Made by a program: the position numbers and the translations under genes. A model generated the notes under the pieces. That model was not told the DNA's origin. It did not search any database and worked only from the letters and a program-made list of their open reading frames with translations. This document shows positions 49,110-56,872 of a stretch of 64,000 nucleotides of DNA, one piece after another (positions within the stretch are counted from its first letter, which is position 1; each line of letters starts with the position of its first letter). The DNA comes from Candidatus Cloacimonadales bacterium (GTDB taxonomy: Bacteria > Cloacimonadota > Cloacimonadia > Cloacimonadales > JAFGVF01), in assembly GCA_963677495.2 (NCBI GenBank), contig CAXXOU010000004.1, positions 672,001 to 736,000 on the forward strand. The letters run 5' to 3'.

Positions 49110-49509
49110 ACAGAGACCTGCAGGGACTGACAAAGACATTCAGGAGCAGAAGAAGTGGACTGCGAAGTACTTCAAGCGTGAAGAGTTTGCTTGTACTTGT
49201 TGTGGAGAAGTGAAGATAGACCAGGAAATGGTGAATATGTTAGATTATGCAAGACGCATTGCTAAGACACCATTCTCAATCAATTCCGGTTATCGTTGTC
49301 CTAAGCACAATGCTGAAGTTGGAGGAAAGGAGACTTCAAGCCATTTAAAGGGCTATGCTGTGGATATTAAAGTAACATCAATGAGAAGCAGATTCAAGAT
49401 ACTATCTGCTTTGATGGATGCAGGCTTTGAGCGTATCGGTATCGCTAAGACCTTTATTCATGTGGACAATGATCCTGATAAGGGTCCTGAAGTTATTTGG
49501 ATGTATTGA
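49096..49509 (+). CDS. Peptidase M15 (D-Ala-D-Ala carboxypeptidase fold), probable endolysin
   Basis: YFKREEFACTCCG, INSGYRCPKHNAEVGG..SSHLKGYAVDI, FIHVD. Confidence 0.9.
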   Translation: MKKSKQRPAGTDKDIQEQKKWTAKYFKREEFACTCCGEVKIDQEMVNMLDYARRIAKTPFSINSGYRCPKHNAEVGGKETSSHLKGYAVDIKVTSMRSRFKILSALMDAGFERIGIAKTFIHVDNDPDKGPEVIWMY

Positions 49510-49510
49510 T

Positions 49511-50248
49511 ATGACAAAAGAACAAGCTCAAGAGAAGATAAGTAAACTTCTGAAGCTTTCAGAATCTCCTAATCAAAATGAAGCCTTCGCAGCTCTTGCG
49601 AAGGCTCAGGAGATTGCTTTGAAGTTTGGGTTGGAGATGAAAAAACTCAAAGCTGAAGTTCTTGAAAAGACGATTCAATCACATTATAAAAACTTTCCGA
49701 AATGGTATCGACTTCTTCTTAGCGTTATTGCTCAGCACTTTAGATGTCGAGAGATGACAGTTCAAGGGTATAAACCGTGTACTGAATTTAGCGTACGAGG
49801 AAGTAAGTCCACACAAGTAAAGGTAGATGAAATCATCTTTATCGGTATGCCAAGTGATGTTGATATAGCAACTCAGTGTCTCCAATATAGCGTTAACTCA
49901 ATGAATAAGCTTTGGAGTGATTGGTATGAAGGCTATTCGAAAGGTACTAATACTGCAGTAAAAAGAACTAAAGAATGGAAAAACTATGTCTCGAAAGTTA
50001 AAAGGAATTATCGAGAAGGCTTTGGCATGGGGTTGAACGATGTTCTAACTCAGAACGAAGAACAGTATGGACTTGTAGTTGTTATCCCCTCCGAGGTTGA
50101 AGACTATTGCTCCGAAATGCATTCTGATGTTAGAATTTTAAAAGCAAGACAATCAAATGGAGAACTCATCAGCCAAGCTTATCGCAAAGGTTATAAAGAT
50201 GGATCTCAAACGAAACCTGAAACTATGCACACTATGATAGGTGGTTAG
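49511..50248 (+). CDS. DUF2786 domain protein
   Basis: EKISKLLKLSESPNQNEAFAALAKAQEIALKFGL. Confidence 0.85.
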   Translation: MTKEQAQEKISKLLKLSESPNQNEAFAALAKAQEIALKFGLEMKKLKAEVLEKTIQSHYKNFPKWYRLLLSVIAQHFRCREMTVQGYKPCTEFSVRGSKSTQVKVDEIIFIGMPSDVDIATQCLQYSVNSMNKLWSDWYEGYSKGTNTAVKRTKEWKNYVSKVKRNYREGFGMGLNDVLTQNEEQYGLVVVIPSEVEDYCSEMHSDVRILKARQSNGELISQAYRKGYKDGSQTKPETMHTMIGG

Positions 50249-50876
50249 AATGGCATTTCCTCGTGAGTTGTATGATGCATTGGCTGATTCAATCGGTAAG
50301 GATGTTGTGGATGGGAAGATCCGCAACCTTCTTACCCGGTTGAAGAAGAAAGCTGAGTCCGGTGAAGCACCTAAGCTAAATGAGCTTGAGGTTGCACGGG
50401 ATGTGATTCGTTTCTTTAATCAGGAGACCGGGGGAGCAATATCTGAGAAATCAGCTACTGCTCTCCGGTTGATTCGTTGTAGATTGAAAGATGGGTATAG
50501 TGCAGAAGATTTAAAGCACGTTGTGAGCTATAAAAACAAGCACTGGAAGGGAAACTCAGAGATGAAGGGGTTCATACGCCCTTTGACTCTGTTTGGCACG
50601 AAATTCGAGGGTTATTTGAGTGAGTATTCAAGATGGGAACAGGGACGTTCAAGGACTTGCACAGACAGGCAAGGACAACACCCCACCGTTTCCAACGGCA
50701 CCCCTCTACAAGAGGGGAATAAGCTTGATTGGAGATATGAGACAAATCTGGAACGGTTCGAAAGGATTCAAAGAGAAAGAGCTGAAGGTAAGGATCCTAA
50801 TCCTTCAGCTTTGAAGATTGATAAGAAAACAGGGAAAGTAATAAAAGAGGATATGGATGGCAGCAGAACTATTTAA
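50241..50876 (+). CDS. Phage protein with conserved phage C-terminal (Phg_2220_C, replication-organiser-like) domain
   Basis: IRCRLKDGYSAEDLKHVV...W...MKGFIRPLTLFGTKFEGYL. Confidence 0.8.
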   Translation: MVRMAFPRELYDALADSIGKDVVDGKIRNLLTRLKKKAESGEAPKLNELEVARDVIRFFNQETGGAISEKSATALRLIRCRLKDGYSAEDLKHVVSYKNKHWKGNSEMKGFIRPLTLFGTKFEGYLSEYSRWEQGRSRTCTDRQGQHPTVSNGTPLQEGNKLDWRYETNLERFERIQRERAEGKDPNPSALKIDKKTGKVIKEDMDGSRTI

Positions 50877-51063
50877 GAGAGATAGGTTGTATTCAGTTAA
50901 AGAGATTGCAGAGAAGCTTGATGTGTCAGAGAAAACTATTACCAGGGAGATTAACAACCCTGATACCGTACTTAAGAGTCACAAGATTCGTAGGACTGTG
51001 AGAGTTACAGGAGCTAGCTTAATAACTTATATGAAGAACTGTGAAATGGAGCCTTGGAAATGA
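50857..51063 (+). CDS. HTH_17 (excisionase-like) DNA-binding protein, possible late regulator
   Basis: LYSVKEIAEKLDVSEKTITREI...KIRRTVRV. Confidence 0.8.
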   Translation: MAAELFKRDRLYSVKEIAEKLDVSEKTITREINNPDTVLKSHKIRRTVRVTGASLITYMKNCEMEPWK

Positions 51064-52382
51064 GTGAGAGAATATACGATAAGTACATGAATGAGCTGTA
51101 TTTGGTTCTGAACAATACTTGGAAGAAGCAAGTCAAGAAAGCTGCACGTGATGCGATTGTTGAGCTCAGCTCTCTACCTGCAAGCCAGAAACCTGATAAT
51201 GAGTTTGTGGAAGAGATGATGCAGAATACTGTTAATCGCTTAACTACTGAGCTTGAAGGTGAGGTTGCTCCACAGGTTAGGAAGATCAATGAGAAGTGTT
51301 ATAGAATGGCTGGTGCTGACACTCAGAAGCCTTTGAATATCTCTGTTGGACTTTATGGCAACAAGCAGAAGGTGACAGTTGAGAAGGTTAATACTCAGAA
51401 CCTCTTCTGGATCAGGAAACACTTTGGAGCAGAGATTCAAGATAAACTGAAGGTCTCTTTAGCTGAAGCTCTTGATAAGGGTTACTCTGTACGTGAGTTT
51501 GGTGATGTGCTCAAAGGGCAGTTTAATAACCTGAATCAGAGCTCTCATTACTGGCGTGGTTTTGCCAATAATGCTATTGCCAGGACAAAGACGATTGGAT
51601 CTATTGAAGCAATGGAAAGGCATAAGATTGAGAAAGCTAAGATTGTGGCAAGGATGGATGATAGAACTACTGATATCTGCAGAGAGCTTAATGGCAGGAT
51701 CATTGAAGTTTCCCACATGATCGAAGCTAAGAATAAGATGCTTGATATTAAGACTGAAGGTAGATCTACTGAGGATGTTAAAGCTGAGATTCAAGCAGTA
51801 GCTCCCTTCTTCAGAAATGCAGATCAGATTAGAGGGAAGTCCACCAGAGAGATACAGTCTAAAGGAACCGGGGTTGGTATGCCACCATATCATTGGGGTT
51901 GCAGAACCAGGATCATTGCCTGGGTTGATGAGTTTGATGATCCCGGTGCTGTTACTCCCGGAAGTAACTCAGACCCTAATGACAAATATGCTAAGAACTT
52001 GACTCAAACAGAGATGCTTGAAAAGTGGAATGGAGTTAAGAGCAAGAGATATCCAACGTTCTCTGATGGTGATTTAGAGAGTGATTGGAAGAAACATGGT
52101 CAAAGAGAGTTTGGTTTCACAGATAAACGTGAGTATATCCAAAAAGCCAGGGACATATACAACAATGCAGATAGAGTGACATGCAGGACTTTTAAGGGAC
52201 AACTTCAATTCCAAGTATACAGCTTTGAGCAGAAGGGATATGTTGTTGTTGACACTAATAGCATAATCAGAGGTTGCTATGGACATTCAAAACCAGGTGG
52301 GACTGAGAATGCATATAACTATTACAAGAAACATTACTATGAGATAACACAACCGGAGGAAAAATGGCGGGACGTGAACTAA
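51060..52382 (+). CDS. MuF (SPP1 gp7-like) minor head protein with C-terminal toxin-like extension
   Basis: MDDRTTDICRELNG...PPYHWGCRT, then about 140 aa with WKKHGQREFG...YIQKA. Confidence 0.85.
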   Translation: MSERIYDKYMNELYLVLNNTWKKQVKKAARDAIVELSSLPASQKPDNEFVEEMMQNTVNRLTTELEGEVAPQVRKINEKCYRMAGADTQKPLNISVGLYGNKQKVTVEKVNTQNLFWIRKHFGAEIQDKLKVSLAEALDKGYSVREFGDVLKGQFNNLNQSSHYWRGFANNAIARTKTIGSIEAMERHKIEKAKIVARMDDRTTDICRELNGRIIEVSHMIEAKNKMLDIKTEGRSTEDVKAEIQAVAPFFRNADQIRGKSTREIQSKGTGVGMPPYHWGCRTRIIAWVDEFDDPGAVTPGSNSDPNDKYAKNLTQTEMLEKWNGVKSKRYPTFSDGDLESDWKKHGQREFGFTDKREYIQKARDIYNNADRVTCRTFKGQLQFQVYSFEQKGYVVVDTNSIIRGCYGHSKPGGTENAYNYYKKHYYEITQPEEKWRDVN

Positions 52383-52627
52383 CTTATCAAGAGATTTTTC
52401 AAGAGCTTAATGAGCCTTTAAAGATGGACAGTTACTTGAATATGTGCATGAATATGGAGCATGAAGAAGGTTTAGTTGGGAATGAAGAGTTTAGAAAGAT
52501 CCTAAAGCAAAAGAAGAAGTTGATCATGAGTGATGAGCCTAAAGAGTTAACTCGTATGCTTAAGGGTTGGCGTGAGGAACATGACACTCCGAGAGACCAC
52601 TATTGGTGGTGGATTGATCAGTTATAA
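52364..52627 (+). CDS. Small protein overlapping the MuF 3' end, candidate immunity protein
   Basis: 87 aa, SD GGAGG, ends PRDHYWWWIDQL. Confidence 0.6.
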   Translation: MAGRELTYQEIFQELNEPLKMDSYLNMCMNMEHEEGLVGNEEFRKILKQKKKLIMSDEPKELTRMLKGWREEHDTPRDHYWWWIDQL

Positions 52628-52628
52628 G

Positions 52629-52655
52629 AAAAGCCCCGGTTGACCGGGGCTTTTT
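52629..52655. terminator. Bidirectional terminator
   Basis: aaaagccccgg-ttga-ccggggcttttt between convergent genes. Confidence 0.9.
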
Positions 52656-52689
52656 AACTATAAAGACTTAGTCTTAACGAAAGCAAATA

Positions 52690-53238
52690 CTACAATGAAA
52701 CAACTTCTCTTGCTCCTAAGTGACTATCTAATTGTAACTCAATATCCCTAGGATCAACAACATTAAAAAGAAGCTTTACTTTGTTAAAGTCTGAGTCAAA
52801 AGTATATAATATTGGTTTATCATCCATGACAGGGCTATCAATTTGCTTTTGTGACATTTTCGAGTAAACAGAAGAAGCAATATATCCGTCAGCCTTTATG
52901 CAAGATCTGCATTTACTAGCTTGCCCAGAGAATGATTTCGGGATTACTCTGCTACACATCTCTGCTTGCTTTAAGCCAAACTCAACAACCGTAAACATCT
53001 TAGTCAGGATTTCTGCTAGTCTAGCCTGTTTTTCTACAGGAACAAGTATCAGAAGTTCACTATATGAAATCGTAGATATACAGAAGTTGTATTGATCTTT
53101 TGCATTTTCATCTTTCAACTTCTTAAGCAACGCTAATGCTGACTCTTTCATCTCTTGTTCACTTTCATTCTTGGGAGCATCACCTCTAATAGCCCATATA
53201 AGGAAGCATGTATCAAAAAAAATGTTATTCTTCTTCAT
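52690..53238 (-). CDS. PIN-domain (VapC-like) ribonuclease
   Basis: FFDTCFLI, ISTISYSEL, ADGYIAS, LYTFDSDF acidic tetrad. Confidence 0.85.
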   Translation of the reverse strand: MKKNNIFFDTCFLIWAIRGDAPKNESEQEMKESALALLKKLKDENAKDQYNFCISTISYSELLILVPVEKQARLAEILTKMFTVVEFGLKQAEMCSRVIPKSFSGQASKCRSCIKADGYIASSVYSKMSQKQIDSPVMDDKPILYTFDSDFNKVKLLFNVVDPRDIELQLDSHLGAREVVSL

Positions 53239-53259
53239 AAAACCCTCAGTATTAAAATA

Positions 53260-53973
53260 TTAATGTATATGAGCACCAAACTCTTTGATAAGTAAGTCAA
53301 AACCTTCATCAAGGGATATTTTATCATTCCTGTAATAATCAGTGAGTTCTAACATATTTACTTTATTGTTTTTCAATTCTCTACTATTATCTGTAACGAT
53401 ATAGGTTCCCTGAACTAATCCACTTATCACTAAGTTAGAGTATAAATGCTGAGCTAGCTCTATAGCCATATCTTTATCTATTTCTGCCTTTATCTCTAAA
53501 TTGTCGGAATTTCTAAATGTAGCTAAATGTTTAACATGACCTCCAACAGATTCTAAAACAACTTGATGTGTGGAATACTCTTTGAAATCTAGATATGAAA
53601 CTTCGCTTACTGGAGGATAATCAACTTCCGTAAGCTGCTTGAATGGTTTGTTGTAGTCTTCTAGGATGAAACAAGAAGTAGCACCATGCTTACTGTTAAT
53701 AGCCGACAATTCACTCAAGTCAGAATTTGATGTTTTTGCAATTCCATTAACGAGAAGTAAAGCAAAAGCAGTAGCCACACTAAATGTGAACCTAGCACAA
53801 CAATCTGTTAACTCACAAAGTTTAATTTCAGCTGATTGTCCCAGTTCATTGTTATGGTTAACTGAGGTAACTTGTTTGTTAATTGTTTTAAGGACTGTAA
53901 TGACTTCTTCCAGGTCTAGTTCGGAAAGCTTTGCTGGTGAATCAATAATATAATCAAATTTTGTGAAAGCCAT
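53260..53973 (-). CDS. Hypothetical protein upstream of the PIN gene (putative antitoxin/sensor)
   Basis: SD GGAGG, ATG 53973; AT-rich and antisense to the phage operons. Confidence 0.65.
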   Translation of the reverse strand: MAFTKFDYIIDSPAKLSELDLEEVITVLKTINKQVTSVNHNNELGQSAEIKLCELTDCCARFTFSVATAFALLLVNGIAKTSNSDLSELSAINSKHGATSCFILEDYNKPFKQLTEVDYPPVSEVSYLDFKEYSTHQVVLESVGGHVKHLATFRNSDNLEIKAEIDKDMAIELAQHLYSNLVISGLVQGTYIVTDNSRELKNNKVNMLELTDYYRNDKISLDEGFDLLIKEFGAHIH

Positions 53974-54197
53974 ACCTCCTCCATAATATGATTTTAACAC
54001 TAAATAGACAAAATTTCTTTTAACTTAAAAAACGACATGTCTAGTCAAACTGACAGTGACATTTATGTCAACCGTTTTGTTCTTGTACGTACAGTGACAA
54101 TAATAAAGTTTTGTGGACTGGAGGGGACTGGAGGGTTTGACGGAGTGTTGTTTTGCAAGGAAAATACCTTTAGAATAGAAACATTCGGAGGTATAGA

Positions 54198-54683
54198 ATG
54201 GCTGGAGTTATTCCATTAACAGTAGAACGGATAGTTAACCTTACAGGTTTGAACGGTTCGTTGAAGAGTAATCCGTTATGGGTACCACACCACACTGCGG
54301 CAGTCGCTGAGTTGGAAAAGTATCTGTATCCGGAATATTGCGATTACCTGGAGACCGGGGTTAGTGAGACGTATGAATCTCATGAGGCAACCTTGGGAGA
54401 AATGGCTGCTGCTATGTTTACTCTTAAACGAGTAATGCCTTTGATGAATCTGAATACAGTTGGTTCCGGGTTTGTACAGAAGACCGGGATTGATGCTGAC
54501 TCTACTGAGATCCTTTCTCATGACAGTTTAGGCAAGTATATCAAAACAATTGAATATCAAGCCCTTCTTACTATTGAACCTTATCTTAATGACTTAGGGT
54601 TACAGAGACTCAAACAGCTTAATACAACTCCAAAGCAAGCGATTAAAGCGATGCTTATTGTGAATGAGGATAACTTAGCATGA
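54198..54683 (+). CDS. Putative head-tail adaptor/virion protein
   Basis: SD GGAGG; first gene of the late cluster; size and position only. Confidence 0.45.
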   Translation: MAGVIPLTVERIVNLTGLNGSLKSNPLWVPHHTAAVAELEKYLYPEYCDYLETGVSETYESHEATLGEMAAAMFTLKRVMPLMNLNTVGSGFVQKTGIDADSTEILSHDSLGKYIKTIEYQALLTIEPYLNDLGLQRLKQLNTTPKQAIKAMLIVNEDNLA

Positions 54684-55138
54684 ACGGTGAACTCTTTGCT
54701 CGAATGATAGAAACTCAGCTCATCAACAGGTTTGATAAGTTAGGTGTGTTTTTGTCAGGACAAGTCTATGATGAAGCAACTAACCAGGGCATTGCTGCTT
54801 CAGGCAAGTTCTTGGAAAATGTGGGCTACTCGGTCGAAAGACAGGGAACATTACTTACACTACACCTTGGATCCAATGTAGAATATGAGAAGTACATATT
54901 CGGTGGTAAGGTTCCCTCCTGGACTCCAACTGATGCACTTATCCCATGGGTGAAGCAGAAGGGATTGCAGTGGGTTGATCAGAATGGGAAAGAGATGTCA
55001 GCTAAGCAGATGGCGTTCCTAATCGCAAGAAAGCATTCACGTGTAGGTATTAAGGGTCGCAATGTCGTACAGCAGGTTATGAAGAAGCGTGAGAGCTGGA
55101 TAATATCACAACTGGAAAACTTAGAGGTGGATGTATGA
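54680..55138 (+). CDS. HK97 gp10-like / virion morphogenesis protein
   Basis: SGKFLENV...GSNVEYEKYI..G...LIPWVKQKG...AFLIARK...GIKGR. Confidence 0.65.
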   Translation: MNGELFARMIETQLINRFDKLGVFLSGQVYDEATNQGIAASGKFLENVGYSVERQGTLLTLHLGSNVEYEKYIFGGKVPSWTPTDALIPWVKQKGLQWVDQNGKEMSAKQMAFLIARKHSRVGIKGRNVVQQVMKKRESWIISQLENLEVDV

Positions 55139-55548
55139 AACAAATCATAGCAATAAAAGCAGATGTATTGAAGGCTGTTGGGAGTGTTATTCCCTCTGCG
55201 AACATCTACACAAAGAGTACTATCATTCCGAAAACATATCCTACTGCGATGGTTGTTTCTACCGGGTTTAATCCTGATGGAACAAGAACCAGTCAGATGA
55301 AGGGTACCTACAGGTTCAACATCTACACAATTGTTGATGCTACTGACTACGATAAAACAGGAGACCAGTGGACTGCAGAGACTCCGGATCCTGAAGACAA
55401 TCTGTGGGATCTAATCCTCAAGATTGAAGAACAGCTATCAGATAGAGCACACAATATCACCAGTATTGATATTTATCCCGGTGTTGCTTCCGGTGGGAAA
55501 GAAACACTAATAGCTAAAGTAGGATTGGAGATAAAGGGCAAGTTATGA
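55135..55548 (+). CDS. Putative tail terminator/completion protein
   Basis: Position and YPTAMV pattern. Confidence 0.45.
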   Translation: MKQIIAIKADVLKAVGSVIPSANIYTKSTIIPKTYPTAMVVSTGFNPDGTRTSQMKGTYRFNIYTIVDATDYDKTGDQWTAETPDPEDNLWDLILKIEEQLSDRAHNITSIDIYPGVASGGKETLIAKVGLEIKGKL

Positions 55549-56732
55549 GAATAGCAAAGGTAGCAGGACATAATGTTGCGATTGTGACAACTGAGGAGAT
55601 TACAAAGGACTATCTTCAGGGACAATGTATTGTTCAGAAATCTGACAAGTGGCTTAGTTGTGCAGAAACTACTGACGATAGAGCAAAGAGGCTCGCTGAG
55701 ATAGTTAAGCAACCTGAAGTGAGACCTATAATTGATATAGCTAAGATGATGGAGTTGCTTGAGGTTGATGGCTTCCATTCCGGTTGTTGTGATGCAATCG
55801 GTAAGGGTGCAATCATGAAGGTGGAGTGTAAGGATCTTAATGTGACAAAATGGCTTGAAAGCTACCAATCACAGGACAGTTTTCAGAAGCTTCTTCAGAT
55901 CTCCATTGAGGAGCGAGAAGCATGTGGTAATGGCTTTATCATGCTTCAAAGGAATCGCAAAGGTGAGTGGGTTGGTTTAGAGAGAATGCTTCCACAAGAG
56001 ATGGGTATAACCTTACATACTGATGAGAACAACTTCCTGAGACCTAACTTCATCCAGAGGAAATCAGGGAAGATATTGCCTATCCTAAATGAGGATATGT
56101 TCCACCTGAAAAAGTACACACATCGTTCCCAAATCTGGGGTGCAAGTTCAATACCACCTGCACAGGGAATCGAAACCCTGAAGCAGATTAAAGCCCTGGA
56201 TTTCAACAACTTTAAGAACGGACTATTGATAGACTATTTCATCATTGTGAATGGTGGAACTATAAAGGATTCAGAGGAATATGACGAGAATGGAGAAAAG
56301 GTCAATTCTCTTTCAGATCTGGAAGATGCACTTAGAGCTGCTACCGGGACAAAGAGAGGACATTCAACCGTGCTACTCGAATCTGAGGATCCTAACTCCA
56401 AGATTGAGCTTATCCCACTGAGACAGGAAGCTAAGGACGGTGCATTCATTAAACTAAAAGAGGAGATCAGGAATGAGATCCTTGCATATCATCGTGTACC
56501 TAAACGGATAATTGCTCAAGCAACATCCGGGCAACTTAGTGGAGATAACAACTCAGATATGATCATGTTTTACAATTTGGTACTTAAACCCATCCAGCAG
56601 GAAGTGGCAGAGATGCTGAGTCGCAAATTCAGAGAGGAGTTTGGTTGGACTGTGACTGCAAAGGATTGGGATTTCGGTAAACTAACAGACATCTTCAAGA
56701 CACCAGAGGAACTGGCATTGGAGGTAAGTTAA
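55545..56732 (+). CDS. Phage portal protein (PBSX-family-like)
   Basis: CGNGF, FHLKKY...IWG, FKNG, EILAYHRVP. Confidence 0.85.
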   Translation: MRIAKVAGHNVAIVTTEEITKDYLQGQCIVQKSDKWLSCAETTDDRAKRLAEIVKQPEVRPIIDIAKMMELLEVDGFHSGCCDAIGKGAIMKVECKDLNVTKWLESYQSQDSFQKLLQISIEEREACGNGFIMLQRNRKGEWVGLERMLPQEMGITLHTDENNFLRPNFIQRKSGKILPILNEDMFHLKKYTHRSQIWGASSIPPAQGIETLKQIKALDFNNFKNGLLIDYFIIVNGGTIKDSEEYDENGEKVNSLSDLEDALRAATGTKRGHSTVLLESEDPNSKIELIPLRQEAKDGAFIKLKEEIRNEILAYHRVPKRIIAQATSGQLSGDNNSDMIMFYNLVLKPIQQEVAEMLSRKFREEFGWTVTAKDWDFGKLTDIFKTPEELALEVS

Positions 56733-56863
56733 TGAATGGCAGGATGTCCAAGAAGCTGCGTAAGGACGCACGCAAAGCAATTAGGGAGCTACGAGAAATG
56801 CCCTTTAAGTGGAGATTACTTGTAGCAGGATTTATTCTATTTGGAAGAAAACACTACCGATAG
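56732..56863 (+). CDS. Small basic 43-aa phage protein
   Basis: SD GGAGG, TAATG coupling; MNGRMSKKLRKDARKAIRELREMPFKWRLLVAGFILFGRKHYR. Confidence 0.5.
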   Translation: MNGRMSKKLRKDARKAIRELREMPFKWRLLVAGFILFGRKHYR

Positions 56864-56872
56864 GAGGAACAA

